The position numbers and the translations under genes are program-made. Source: an uncultured bacterium (GTDB lineage Bacteria > Cyanobacteriota > Cyanobacteriia > Phormidesmidales > Phormidesmidaceae). From it: DNA of 64,000 nucleotides. Under the pieces are notes generated by a model. That model was not told the origin of the DNA, made no database searches, and was given only the letters and a program-made list of their open reading frames with translations. Shown one piece after another: positions 44,458 through 55,600 of this stretch. Each line of letters begins with the position of its first letter. The first letter of the stretch is position 1. Location: contig CAZPYG010000008.1 of the NCBI GenBank assembly GCA_964590465.1, forward strand, positions 15,418 to 79,417, in the 5' to 3' direction.

Positions 44458-46500
44458 TTGGTTGATAAAGGGACATTAGTTGAGTTCAAGCATCATGGGG
44501 AGCCCCGCCTGGGGGTCGTTGATCGGCCTGAGGGTAAAAAAAACTGGGTTGTGCTTGACGCCCAGGGGCAGTCCCATACCTTACACCCCCGCGAAATGCT
44601 TTACGAAGTCAGCGGGGGCAGCTTTGAGCCCACCGATATTGATTCTTTTTTAACTGAGGCGGAGTCTTATTTAGATCCCTCAAGTCTCGAAGTTGCCTGG
44701 GAGCTATTGCAAGAAGCCGAAGAGTCTACGGATCCGGCTTCTTTAGCAATGCTCCTGTTTTCAGATCAAAGCCCACCGCTGTGTTACGCGGCCCATCGGC
44801 TGTTAACGGAAGACAAAATATATTTCAAGAAAAAGGGCGACCGCTTTGACCCTCGTCCGGCCTCCCAGGTGGAAGATTTGCTGCTGCAAATTCAGCGGGA
44901 AACCCAACGGCAGCAGGAATGGGATTCTTTTATCGACAAAGCTCGTCGGGGTTTAACCGGGGAGTCGGCCAGCTGGGACAAGCAAGATCGTCCCAGGATT
45001 GAAATCATTGAGCGTTTGGCTTTATTGGGGGAAGAATCCAGTCAGAAGGCTCAAGCCGCCGAAATTTTAACTGTTTTAGAGCGACCCACCACAGCCGAGG
45101 GTGCATTCGATACCCTAGTAGCGTTGGGGCTCTGGCAACCGCACGAAAATCTTGCCCTGCGGCGCAGCCAAATCCCCAGTACCTTTTCTGAAGAAACGCT
45201 TATCATGGCGCAGCAATGGCTTCAATCGCCACCACCGGATCCTGATGGCCAACGACTAGACCTAACCCACCTCAAGGTCTACACGGTGGATGATGCCAGC
45301 ACCCAGGAAATTGACGACGGGTTAAGCGTGGAAGTGCTGGAAGATGGGCGAGATCGCATCTGGGTACACATTGCCGACCCTACCCGTTGGCTGATGCCAG
45401 GGGATGATCTGGATCTGGAAGCCCGTCGTCGCTGCACTACGGTTTATCTGCCCACGGGCATGATTCCGATGTTTCCGGCAGAGTTAGCCACCCAGGGGAT
45501 GAGTTTGATTCAGGGTAAAACCTGCTGTGCCCTGAGTTTTGGGGTTTGTCTGGCGGAGTCTGGCCAGATTGAAGATTTCATCATTTGCCCCAGCCGGATT
45601 AAACCTACCTACCGGCTCACTTACGAAGATGTCGATGAAATGCTGGAACTGGGTATTAAGGCGGAACCAGAACTCCATCGGCTGGCCCACTGGTCCCAGG
45701 CGCGGGGGAACTGGCGCAGTGCCCAGGGGGCCATTTCCATCAATATGCCGGAATCCAGCATCAAGGTGATTGATGAAGCAGATGACATTATCATCGAAGT
45801 CTTTGATGACTCTCCCGCCCGCCAGATGGTGGCTGAGATGATGATTCTGGCTGGGGAAGTGGCTGCCCGCTACGGACAAGAGCATGCGTTGGCGATTCCC
45901 TTTCGTAGCCAGCCCCAACCGGAACTCCCCCCCGATGAAGAACTGCTGCTGTTGCCCACAGGATGGGCGCGGGATTCGGCTATCCGCCGCTGCATGACCC
46001 GCAGCGAAGTCAGCATTACCCCTAACCGCCATGCCACCCTGGGGTTAGACAGCTACAGCCAGGTGACGTCGCCCATTCGCCGCTACACCGACCTGCTGGC
46101 CCACTTTCAACTCAAGGCCCACCTGCGGGGAGAACCGCTGCCGTTCAGTTCCTCAGAGGTGACGGAACTGGCCCAGGGGGCTTCCTCCGGGTCCTATGAA
46201 GCGACCCTGGTTGAACGACAGACGAAGCGGTACTGGGCTCTGGAATATTTGCGTCGCCATCGGGACCGCGTCTGGGAAGTGATGCTGCTGCGCTGGCTGC
46301 GGGAAGATACAGGCCTCGGGTTAATTATGATTGAAGAGTTGGGGCTGGAACTCGCCATGCGGTTCGAGCGAGGGGCATCCCTGGGCGAACGGCTAACCGT
46401 TAAAGTGACCCACGCTAACCCCCGCCAGGACATCATCCGATTTCAGGAGGTGGTGGCTGAAGAGCAGACCTCATCGGTTGCAGTGACGGCAGAGTCATAG
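44458..46500 (+). CDS. rnb: RNase II/RNase R-family 3'-5' exoribonuclease
   Basis: 680 aa with a TTG start. RNB-domain motifs 'VYTVDDASTQEIDDGLSVE', 'VHIADPTRW', 'TVYLPTGMIPMFP', 'HATLGLDSYSQVTSPIRRYTDLLAH'. Confidence 0.85.
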   Translation: MVDKGTLVEFKHHGEPRLGVVDRPEGKKNWVVLDAQGQSHTLHPREMLYEVSGGSFEPTDIDSFLTEAESYLDPSSLEVAWELLQEAEESTDPASLAMLLFSDQSPPLCYAAHRLLTEDKIYFKKKGDRFDPRPASQVEDLLLQIQRETQRQQEWDSFIDKARRGLTGESASWDKQDRPRIEIIERLALLGEESSQKAQAAEILTVLERPTTAEGAFDTLVALGLWQPHENLALRRSQIPSTFSEETLIMAQQWLQSPPPDPDGQRLDLTHLKVYTVDDASTQEIDDGLSVEVLEDGRDRIWVHIADPTRWLMPGDDLDLEARRRCTTVYLPTGMIPMFPAELATQGMSLIQGKTCCALSFGVCLAESGQIEDFIICPSRIKPTYRLTYEDVDEMLELGIKAEPELHRLAHWSQARGNWRSAQGAISINMPESSIKVIDEADDIIIEVFDDSPARQMVAEMMILAGEVAARYGQEHALAIPFRSQPQPELPPDEELLLLPTGWARDSAIRRCMTRSEVSITPNRHATLGLDSYSQVTSPIRRYTDLLAHFQLKAHLRGEPLPFSSSEVTELAQGASSGSYEATLVERQTKRYWALEYLRRHRDRVWEVMLLRWLREDTGLGLIMIEELGLELAMRFERGASLGERLTVKVTHANPRQDIIRFQEVVAEEQTSSVAVTAES

Positions 46501-46554
46501 CGTGGTTTGTTCCGGTGGATGGGGTTCATGCTTATGCCCGTGGCTAGCGTTTTT

Positions 46555-48471
46555 TTATCCTGGTGGCGCCACCCTAACCTGGTCGCGACCGCAGTGCTTA
46601 GCCTCATAGAGGGCATCATCAGCCTGCTTTACCAAGTCACTGGTGGAAGTTTCGACGGTTGGAATACAGCAAGCCACCCCGAGGCTGAGGGTTATGATTT
46701 TGTCGACACCGGACTTTTTGTGTTCAATTCGGCGACCGCGTATCAAAAACCGGATGTCTTCAGCCACCGTTTCTGCCCCTTTTAAGTCGGTGTTAGGCAA
46801 TACCAGAACAAATTCTTCGCCACCATAGCGGGCAACTAAATCCCCCGGGCGTTTAGCGGCTCTAAGCAGGGTACGGGCCACCAGCCTCAAGCAGTTATCC
46901 CCCGCCTGGTGGCCATAGTGGTCGTTATAGGGTTTGAAGTAGTCTATGTCGCACAGAATCAGCGCCAGGGGCTGATGTTCGCGGCTCATGCGTCGCCACT
47001 CGGTTTGGATGTATTGCTCGAAGCGACGGCGATTGGCCACTTGGGTCAGACCATCTAGGTAGGCCATGCGCTTCAGTTGCTCGTTAGCCAGGGTTAACTG
47101 GGCATGCATTTTTGCCTGCTGAATGGCGATCCCTACCTGGGTGGCTAAACTCTGCAACAGGCGCACATCTGCCGTTTGCCAGATCCGAGTGCCACTGCAC
47201 TGATGGGCAATCAGCAGACCCCAGAGGGTTTGTTCCTGCAATAGGGGCACTACAATTTCAGCTTTAATCTGAAAATATTCCATGAACAATAGCTGTTCTT
47301 CTGATAGGTCATGGGCATAGATATTCTCCACAGCCATGCCCCGGCCCTGTTGGTAGTGCTGTAAATATTTATCTCCCACAAACCACGGATCGCGTAACTG
47401 CCAACCCATCATCGTGGGAAATTCAGCTGAGCAGGATTCTTCAATCACCTCACCGTTCATGGAAGTTGAAGAGCGAATAATAATCACCCGATCCGCTTCG
47501 ATAAAGTCTTTTACGGAGGTGACGGTTTGGTCCAGAATGGTTTCCAGATCAAGGACGTTACGAATTCGCTGGGCAATTTCGGCCACCAAACGCTCTCGCT
47601 GGGTTTGAATCTTGAGTTCCAGTTCTGCTTGCTTTTGCTCTGAAACATCAACAATTAACCCTGTCAGATAGGAATCTTGAAGCGGGTCGGTAAAGGTTTT
47701 GCCCCGGGAAGATAACCATCTCTCCTGACCGTTGGGACGAGTGACTCGAAACTCTACATCGTAGTTTTGTCCGCCGTGGATCGCTTCCTGCAGAGCAAGA
47801 TTAACCCGGTGTTGGTCCTGGGGATGAACATGGAGAAACAGGGTATCGTACCGGCCGTCAAATTTTCCGGGTTGCAAACCCATCAGCTTTTCCAACTCTT
47901 GAGAAATATGGATGGTTCCCTGCTGTAAATTCCAGTTCCAGGTACCCACCTGTGCGCCTTTCAAGGCTAAAGCCAGGTGGCTTGGTGAAAAGGATTCAGG
48001 AGACTTACGGCTGGAGGGATCGCAGGTCTGACAAAGGTTGCTATCCGGTAGTCGTAGCAGAGAGGATGAATCCGGGGCCAGCACCCCCTCTGGGGTCACA
48101 AACCCCAACCAGTGGCCCGACTCATTGGTAATGGGTTGGTAGTTGGCATGAATTTCGAAGTCAAGACTCTGTTGGTCTACGGTGTAGTTAGGCAGTTGGG
48201 GGACTCGCTTTAAAGTCGTGAGGGGTGTCATCCAGGCCCGAACTACGGCTTGATTAAAGTTGACCCGACGCTCACCGGCGGCAGCAATATTGTGATAGTT
48301 AAATACCCCAATCAAGGCGTTGGCCTGATACACCAAGGCGTAATGCTTGCCGGTAGTAACCAACATTACCAGAGCCTGCTGCAAACTATTTTCCGGGTTG
48401 ACGTGTATGGCAGAACTATCAACAACAGCTGCGTTAGGTAGTTCAATGGACGTAACATCGCGTTGAGTCAC
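46555..48471 (-). CDS. Diguanylate cyclase with N-terminal sensor region, PAS and GAF domains
   Basis: 638 aa. PAS-like 'GTWNWNLQQGTIHISQELEKLMG...YDVEFRVTRPNGQERWL'. GAF 'LWGLLIAHQCSGTRIWQ'. GGDEF 'RYGGEEFVLVL' with an RxxD I-site ('RPGD') five residues upstream. Confidence 0.85.
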   Translation of the reverse strand: MTQRDVTSIELPNAAVVDSSAIHVNPENSLQQALVMLVTTGKHYALVYQANALIGVFNYHNIAAAGERRVNFNQAVVRAWMTPLTTLKRVPQLPNYTVDQQSLDFEIHANYQPITNESGHWLGFVTPEGVLAPDSSSLLRLPDSNLCQTCDPSSRKSPESFSPSHLALALKGAQVGTWNWNLQQGTIHISQELEKLMGLQPGKFDGRYDTLFLHVHPQDQHRVNLALQEAIHGGQNYDVEFRVTRPNGQERWLSSRGKTFTDPLQDSYLTGLIVDVSEQKQAELELKIQTQRERLVAEIAQRIRNVLDLETILDQTVTSVKDFIEADRVIIIRSSTSMNGEVIEESCSAEFPTMMGWQLRDPWFVGDKYLQHYQQGRGMAVENIYAHDLSEEQLLFMEYFQIKAEIVVPLLQEQTLWGLLIAHQCSGTRIWQTADVRLLQSLATQVGIAIQQAKMHAQLTLANEQLKRMAYLDGLTQVANRRRFEQYIQTEWRRMSREHQPLALILCDIDYFKPYNDHYGHQAGDNCLRLVARTLLRAAKRPGDLVARYGGEEFVLVLPNTDLKGAETVAEDIRFLIRGRRIEHKKSGVDKIITLSLGVACCIPTVETSTSDLVKQADDALYEAKHCGRDQVRVAPPG

Positions 48472-48932
48472 AGCAGGCTCGTTTAACCACAGGATAAATG
48501 GCGACGTGACTAGCGAACGATAGTCACCGTCTAATAGTACGTAGGCATAGAATTCCCTGTTACTGAGGAAATGGCTTACTAATTAAGACTCTCTTAACAT
48601 CTGCGCAATGGTTATAGCGGTTCTCGAATGAACGAAGTACGGGGAATCTTTCTGTATAAGGACTTCAGAGGCTATTTTGTACCTCGTGCGAGTACAACCC
48701 GCTGCTGTATTATTCTTCGATTCGATAAGGAACGGCACTAGACCCTGTTGCTCAGCATTGAGTTTAAGGGGGATTGCCATCGCCTTGAGGTTTTGGCACA
48801 AGGGCTCTGGTTTCCCGCCATTGCTTCAACAGTTTTTAATCAAGCTTAAGGCGACATGAAATCCTTGGGTCAGTTACCGCTGAGAAATATCCTCAGTAGC
48901 GTAGACTTCAACAATCTGGCGTATTCCTCAAG

Positions 48933-49035
48933 GCGGGAAGTTTTCCCGCGGATAAAATTCAGGAGTCAGGAACCAGAATCCGGATTTCTCCTGAATTCTG
49001 TCTCCTGGATTCTGGATTCCTACCCAACCAGAATT
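48933..49035. repeat. Nested inverted repeats built from CCAGAATCC / AATTCAGGAG units
   Basis: GCGGGAA/TTCCCGC hairpin (48933-48949). AATTCAGGAG (48956-48965) pairs with CTCCTGAATT (48988-48997). Palindrome AATCCGGATT (48977-48986). CCAGAATCC (48973-48981) pairs with GGATTCTGG (49007-49015). Confidence 0.45.
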
Positions 49036-49546
49036 TCCCGGCTTACATTACACGCCGCAATTGCGATTGCTAAAGCCACGTCAAATCCAGTCTGACTGGT
49101 ACTTTGGGGGTTTCCTAAAACAACCCGCGATCTCTTAGTCTGCACGAGGTTTACTTTCAACCAAGGGCTAGATTTTATTGCCCAAATCTGTTATCTATAG
49201 TCAGAGATAATTTATACACGGGTTCCTAAATCGTTGCAGAGTTACTGTTAGAGATTAAATTAAAAGTGAATCAGGGCAAAAATGGAAATCGATTCGTTTT
49301 TCAGCTTCGACCTGATTCAAAGAAGGTTTTGTAACTTAATTTCAGGTTGCGGAACTTTTTCCGATCTGGTTCGCTCTTGGGGTGTGTAGCTATAGTCTGT
49401 GCTCCTGACGAGTGCTGTTTAAATGTTTTTGTTTGGTTTTTAGCTGATGTCCTGCTGCTGCCAAACTGAACTTTTTCGAAGCGTTCTGCACCGCAGCTGA
49501 GGTTTATGGTGTCTGCTTAAATTGTCTAGGGAGAATTTTCAGGGTT

Positions 49547-50560
49547 ATGTCTATCTTAATGATTGGGACTCAACGCTCGGGCTCCAACCTGATGCGGTTA
49601 ATGTTGAATCAGGTGCCGACGGTGGTGGCTCCTCATCCACCGCATATTTTGCAGCGTTTGATGTCCCTGGTACCCCATTACGGAGATTTATCTGCCCCCT
49701 CTGCATTCCGCTTGCTGGTCGACGATGTTTGCCGACTGGTAGAGCTGAACCCGGTGCCGTGGGAAGGGGTGGTGTTAGATCGAGATGATGTCGCCGCCCG
49801 CTGCCATCAGAATTCCCTGGTTGCAGTCTTCGCTGCCGTGTACGACATCCTGGCCGAAACACGAGGGGCCGAAACCTGGTGTTGTAAGAGTCTGGCCAAC
49901 GTTCACTATGGGCCGGAAATCAATGCCTATTTGCCTGATGCGAAGTACATTTACCTGTACCGAGACGGCAGAGATGTTGCCGTGTCCTTTAAGAAGGCTG
50001 TTGTTGGTCAAAAGCATTTTTACCACATTGCCCAGGACTGGGCTAAAGCTCAGCGGGCTGCTCTAAAAATGCGGGCTCAGCTGGACGATAGCCAGGTTTT
50101 CAACATCAGCTATGAAACCCTGACCAGCCATACTGAGCAGACCCTGCAAGATCTATGTGCCTTCCTGGAGGTCGCCTACCATCCTTCTATGCTGGACTTT
50201 CATCAATCTGATGAAGCCACTAACACAGCTTCTTCCAGTTCCCTCTGGAGCAATGTGACCAAGCCGGTGATGAGCCAGAACACCAGAAAATTCCTGAAGG
50301 AAGCGACCGAAGAAGAAATCAAAGTTTTTGAGTTAGTGGCGGGGGATGTACTGGATGCGTTGGGTTACGAACGCACTCAAACCCGGCCCGATGAAGTGGA
50401 CAATTTCTCAGCTGAGACCATCGCCCAATTTGACGCTGAAAACCAGCGGTTGAAGGCCATGGTTCAAGACACGATGGACCAGGAAGATCGAGAACGGCGC
50501 GCCCGCCAGAGTGCTGTGCTGGAAGAAATTAAGCAGCGACGTTCGGTCTCCGTTGTGTAA
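49547..50560 (+). CDS. Sulfotransferase-domain protein (a different subfamily from the three at 9.8-17 kb)
   Basis: 337 aa. 5'-PSB loop 'IGTQRSGSNLM'. 3'-PB motif 'YLYRDGRDVAVSF'. Confidence 0.75.
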   Translation: MSILMIGTQRSGSNLMRLMLNQVPTVVAPHPPHILQRLMSLVPHYGDLSAPSAFRLLVDDVCRLVELNPVPWEGVVLDRDDVAARCHQNSLVAVFAAVYDILAETRGAETWCCKSLANVHYGPEINAYLPDAKYIYLYRDGRDVAVSFKKAVVGQKHFYHIAQDWAKAQRAALKMRAQLDDSQVFNISYETLTSHTEQTLQDLCAFLEVAYHPSMLDFHQSDEATNTASSSSLWSNVTKPVMSQNTRKFLKEATEEEIKVFELVAGDVLDALGYERTQTRPDEVDNFSAETIAQFDAENQRLKAMVQDTMDQEDRERRARQSAVLEEIKQRRSVSVV

Positions 50561-50580
50561 GTATAGTGGCCCCTTGACCT

Positions 50581-51846
50581 ATGAATGAAGAGCATAGTAT
50601 TGCCCAGTCCCAAAACTCGGTTGATAGGGTAGATAGACCAGAATTTGTTTCGCTCAGTTCCCTGTTCTGGACGTTTCTCAAAATCGGCAGCACTGCCTTT
50701 GGCGGGTTCATGGCGCTGGTTTCCGTTGTAGAAAACTTTGTGGTTCAGCGCCGCAAGCTGCTCACCCACGAAGATATGCTGGATGGAATTTCCCTGGCCG
50801 CGATTTTACCTGGGCCTATGGCGGCAAATGTCATCGCCTATGTGGGCTATCGCATTCGGGGAGCCTGGGGAGCGGTGACCTGCAGCGTTGCGTCTCTGCT
50901 GCCGTCCTATGTGATGATCATGACGTTTGCCATCGCCTATGCCCGCACGGGAGAAGTGCCCGCGGTCAGCAAAGCCTTTGCCGCTTTTGTGCCGGCGATG
51001 GTGGCGATTATTCTGGTGGCTGCCTGGCGGATGAGCAAAAAAACGATTAAAACAGTGCGGAACTGGCGGGCCATAGCTATAGCCATAGCGTCAGGTCTTT
51101 TGTTGCGATTGGTAGGAGGGTTTTACATCACCCTGCTGATTGTGATCGGTTCCGGCATCCTGGGTTACATCTGGTACCACAATGAATCTGCCAGGCAGGC
51201 CGCCGCTGAAGCAAGTGTCCAAGCGAATGGACAAAGGCCGCTCTCAAAAGTTGACATTTTCGCGTCATTCGCCTTTTTGAGCTGTTTTTTACTGCTGTAC
51301 ATCATACCACTGCCTTTTATCGCTGATGACAGCCTGGCACGGCTGTTTATCACGTTTTCAGGCATGAGTTTGCTGCTATTTGGCAGTGGCTATGTGTTCA
51401 TTCCCATGATTCAGGATCTGGTGGTCAACACCTACGGTTGGGTGACTCAGCCCGAATTTGCCAATGCCATCGCCCTGGGACAGGTGACCCCCGGCCCCAT
51501 TTTGATCAGTGCCGCAGCCATCGGCTTTGCCGTAAAGGGTTTTCTGGGGTCAATCGTAGCCACGGTAAGTATTTTCCTCCCTCCGGCGATGTTGATGATC
51601 ACCTGCTCTCACCTACTGCAGCAGATTAAACAGTCCTCTGGGATTCAAGCGGCCTTGAAGGGCATTCGCCCGGCGGTCATCGGGCTGATTTTTACCGCTG
51701 CCCTGGTCTTCGCTCAGTCCGCCACCCTGCACTGGGTATCGGGGATGATTTTTATGGCTGCCATGGTAGCTCTGCTGAGGTTCAAGGCAGACGTGATTTT
51801 GATCATTCCCATTGCTGGGGTGATTGGCGTGCTGTTGTACCCTTAG
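50581..51846 (+). CDS. chrA: Chromate-ion-transporter (CHR/ChrA) family membrane protein
   Basis: 421 aa with two homologous halves. 'FLKIGSTAFGGFMA' and 'LGQVTPGPIL' are characteristic CHR motifs. Confidence 0.8.
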   Translation: MNEEHSIAQSQNSVDRVDRPEFVSLSSLFWTFLKIGSTAFGGFMALVSVVENFVVQRRKLLTHEDMLDGISLAAILPGPMAANVIAYVGYRIRGAWGAVTCSVASLLPSYVMIMTFAIAYARTGEVPAVSKAFAAFVPAMVAIILVAAWRMSKKTIKTVRNWRAIAIAIASGLLLRLVGGFYITLLIVIGSGILGYIWYHNESARQAAAEASVQANGQRPLSKVDIFASFAFLSCFLLLYIIPLPFIADDSLARLFITFSGMSLLLFGSGYVFIPMIQDLVVNTYGWVTQPEFANAIALGQVTPGPILISAAAIGFAVKGFLGSIVATVSIFLPPAMLMITCSHLLQQIKQSSGIQAALKGIRPAVIGLIFTAALVFAQSATLHWVSGMIFMAAMVALLRFKADVILIIPIAGVIGVLLYP

Positions 51847-51872
51847 CCTGATTATGCCCGTTCAGAAGTTGA

Positions 51873-52310
51873 CTAAATCTGGCTCAATGCTCGCCAGGTC
51901 TTTGCATCAACAACACCGGTCGCTTCCAGGGCAAAATCCGTTTGAAAGAACTGAACCGCCTGATGGGTGACGGGACCAAATTGGCCGTCAATCTCACCCC
52001 GGTAGTAGTGGTCGATGGCCAGCAGTTCCTGAATTGCCGTGACGGCACTCCCATGCTCCCCCTGCCGCAGGGTTGGCATGGCTACTGGAGCGTTGATGTG
52101 AAGCGCCTGCCAGGTCAGAGGGCCCACAACCCCATCAGGTTTTAAGAACATGCGGGACTGAAAGCTTTTGACAGCGATTTCAGTATCGTAGTCAAACTGG
52201 CCTGTCAGGGGAATGGGCCAGAGTTGCTGACTTAGTAACCGCTGTAGTTCAAGCACACTCTGGTGAACTGACCCGAGCTTAAGAATGGCACCTTGTATGG
52301 ATTTAATCAT
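51873..52310 (-). CDS. Protein with two peptidoglycan-binding (PG_binding_1-like) repeats
   Basis: 145 aa. 'GQFDYDTEIAVKSFQSRMFLKPDGVVGPLTWQAL' and 'GQFGPVTHQAVQFFQTDFALEATGVVDAKTWRAL'. Confidence 0.7.
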   Translation of the reverse strand: MIKSIQGAILKLGSVHQSVLELQRLLSQQLWPIPLTGQFDYDTEIAVKSFQSRMFLKPDGVVGPLTWQALHINAPVAMPTLRQGEHGSAVTAIQELLAIDHYYRGEIDGQFGPVTHQAVQFFQTDFALEATGVVDAKTWRALSQI

Positions 52311-52627
52311 GATTTATTATGGGCTGTCGGATAGGGGCAAAGTTCGACAAAATTGAGTACCTATTGGATGAAGTTTAAAGATCAAATAACGGTCTTGAGG
52401 TTGGCCTTGAGATAGATTTAATCGCTCATTGATAGCATGACTTGGTCCTCGGCAGAGGCCGACCTGGGGGATTGAAGATTTGACTTTAGGGCTGAAAGTG
52501 AAGCAAGGTTAGCTGCAGGCGCTCTAAACGGAACAAAAGGATCTGCTTTTTCGTCAGCATTTTATTGATCGAGCCTAATTGATTTTTTCTGTCTCGGGTA
52601 ATGCAGCGCCTCAAAGCTTATAGACAG

Positions 52628-55600
52628 TTAATCTCCGGGTTCCTGCTGGGTATCGATGTGGGTTGCTAGGGCCGTCAACAGTTCTTGTTCTAAATAGGGT
52701 TTGGTGAGGTAATCAACGGCCCCCAGCTTCATGGCCAGGCGGCGATGTTTGTCGTTTCCTCTGGAGGTCAGCATCAGCGTGGGAATTTGGGCAAACTGGG
52801 GCGTTTCTCGGCGTTTTGTTAGAAACTCAAAGCCGTTCATATTGGGCATTTCCACATCACAAATAATCGCTCGAATGGTCGGATTTTGCTGGAGTTGTTC
52901 CAGGGCCTCCTGCCCATCCCTGGCCTGCAGCACCCGATACCCCGTCCGTTCTAAAGACAGCGAGAGGGCACGGCGCAGGGTGACCGCATCATCAACCACC
53001 AAAACAGTGGTCGCCTGCAATTTCTGTAGGGTTACTCCGGTAGGTCCATGGGCGGCATTTTGCTCGGCCAGCGCGGCGAGGGCCTCTTGTTCAGAAGCCT
53101 GGGGCAAGAGCACCAGCCCTCGACGAATCATGTCATCCAGCAAGACAGGGCCATCAATTACGGGCACCAGGCTGCCGTCTCCCAGCACGGTGCAGCCATA
53201 GGCGAATAGGGGGGACTGAATGGCGGTGCCGAAAGGTTTGACTACCATTTCCTGCTCCGTCACCAGACGATCCACTTCCAGGGCGAAGGCCTGGTCTCCC
53301 CGTGAAAGCACCAGCATGGGAGCTTTCCAGTTGGTGGGGGTGGGAACCGTGGCCAGGACGCGACTGGGCGGCACTTCGGGCATCAGGCAGTTGTAGTTCA
53401 ATAAAGCGGAGAGTTTGTATGCGGGAAGGTCGTGGTCTTGCCAGGCGAGGAATTGCCGGGGGCCCACCTGTCGCAGTTGGTCAGGAGCCGGCACCAGGAT
53501 TTCCTGAATGCTGTCACTGCGAATGGCCAGGGGGGTCGCTCCTACAAAGCAGATCAGAAGATTGATAATCGATAGGGTTTGGGGCAGGGGCAGGGTGAAG
53601 GTCGTTCCCTGCCCAGGTGTTGAGGTCACGGTGATGGAGCCGTTGAGGGTGTGAATTTGATCTCGCACAATGTCCAATCCCACTCCCCGGCCCGAAAGTT
53701 CGCTGACCTGCCGAGCCGTGGAAAACCCTGGTTCAAAGATCAATTGGCTCAGCTGCTCTGGGGTGGCAGTGGCCGCGGCTTCTGGGCTCAGCCAGCCGAG
53801 TTCAGCGGCGCGATCTCGAATGCGCTCAAAGTTCAGCCCCCGCCCGTCGTCCTGCACCTCAAGAATGACCTGACGCCCCTGATAACGGGCCTGGATGGTA
53901 ATGTTTCCCGCTTCCGGTTTATGCTGTTGCCGTCGCTCTTCGGCAGATTCAATGCCGTGGTCAAAACTATTGCGCAGAAGCTGCACCAACGGATCGTACA
54001 GCTTGGAGAGGACGGCCTTATCCACCAGAATATCGGTGCCGTTGAGATCGAGTGTGACGGGCTTACCATAACGGCTGGACAGGTCCCGCAGCACCCGAGG
54101 AAACCGATTCAGCACCTGAGCCAGGGGAATCATACGGGCCCACATCAGCTCATCCTGCATTTGGGAGAGCATCTTGCGGTGGCGACCCAGCATCTGGTCT
54201 GACTGGTAGCTGAAGAGGGAAATATCTTCCACCGTCTCCTCCACCTGCAGCAGTTCCTCCAGGAGGGTCTGGGTTTGGGTATACAGCTGGGTGTAGTTAT
54301 CCATTTCCAGCGAGTCAAATTCCTCCTGTTGACTCCCCCGGAAACCTTTGGAATGCCCATTCATGTGTAGTGAACGGCTGTGCTGCCGTTCGGACGAGAC
54401 CAGCATCTGGTCCGATAGCCGTCGCAGGTTTTCCACCAGGGCCTGAAAGCGGCTGAAGCGCCCGGTCAACTCTTTAACCGCCCCCCGTAACTGGCTGTTT
54501 TGCAGCTCTACCCCGTTACGGTTAATGGTGAGTTCCCCCATCAGGTTATTCATGCGGTTCAGCCGATCGGCTTCTACTCGCACGGTCAACCCGGTCAGCA
54601 CCGGTTCGCTAATCCCTTTGGCTGGAATTGGGGGAGATGCAGTAGTTGGTTCAGGCGCAAGACCGCCAGCATCAAGGGCAGGGACAGCAGCGCTTTCCTC
54701 TGGGCTGGCTTCTGGGGTTGCCGCAGCAATGGTGGGGTCAGGAACCCTCGCGTCCGGTCTCATAACCTCGTCTGTGCTGGCCAAATCTGGCTCCAGGTCC
54801 GCCAGCGCCCCCAGTTGATCAAAGGCATGACTAAACAGATCCTCCTCTGGAGTCAGGTCCGATTGGGTCAGGGAAATAGGCTCTGCTTCAACAAGGTCAT
54901 GGTTTGCCAGGTCCTCTGCCGTCTGGTCCTCTACCGTCTGATCCAGCAACCCAAGTTCTGCCAAGACCTGGTCCGGATCTCCTTCGAGTTCAAGCTGACT
55001 GAGGAGTTCTGCGGCTTCTTCCGGAGACCAGTCTGTCTCTCCATTGCGGCTGATACCGGATGCATTTTCGCTGACTAAGGCCAGCAGGGCAGGCGAGGGA
55101 GATCCCCCCTGGGAGCCCGGCTGGTTCAGCACCTCCCTCTGGCCAGCCTGAAAATCGGCCAGTGCCAGTCGGGCGATCTCCAGAGCCCGTTCTGGATGAC
55201 GATCGAGGGCCTGCAGAGTAGTTTTGGCAATATCCCCAAAGCCCGACAACCCCAGCAGTTCTGCAAAGTCACTGAAGGTATCTGCCTGAGCCCGCAGTTC
55301 CTCCGCCAAATCCTGTCCAGAGGGATCGGTCACAATCGCCGCCAGGCGCTCCAGTCCCTCCGCCACATCCACTGCGAAGATCGACTGGGCCATGTCGATG
55401 CCGAAGTCGGCAGAGCTGGGCAAAAAGTTGGCGGTGGCTGCGATCGCTTCACTGAATTGAGACTCAAGCTGACTCAGAATGGGGGCGGCGGCCTCCAGGG
55501 CTTGCTCAGCATCGAATTGGCCGTATTGGAGCTGCTCCATCAGGGGCAGCCGCAGACAATCATAGGCCTGCAGCAACTGAGTTTCCAACCCATCATTGAG

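Noticed and set aside
38511-55445. HIP1 (GCGATCGC) enrichment as a taxonomic marker
   Set aside because: I noticed only three copies (near 38511, 40841 and 55438). This is too few to claim enrichment, so the cyanobacterial assignment rests on gene content instead.
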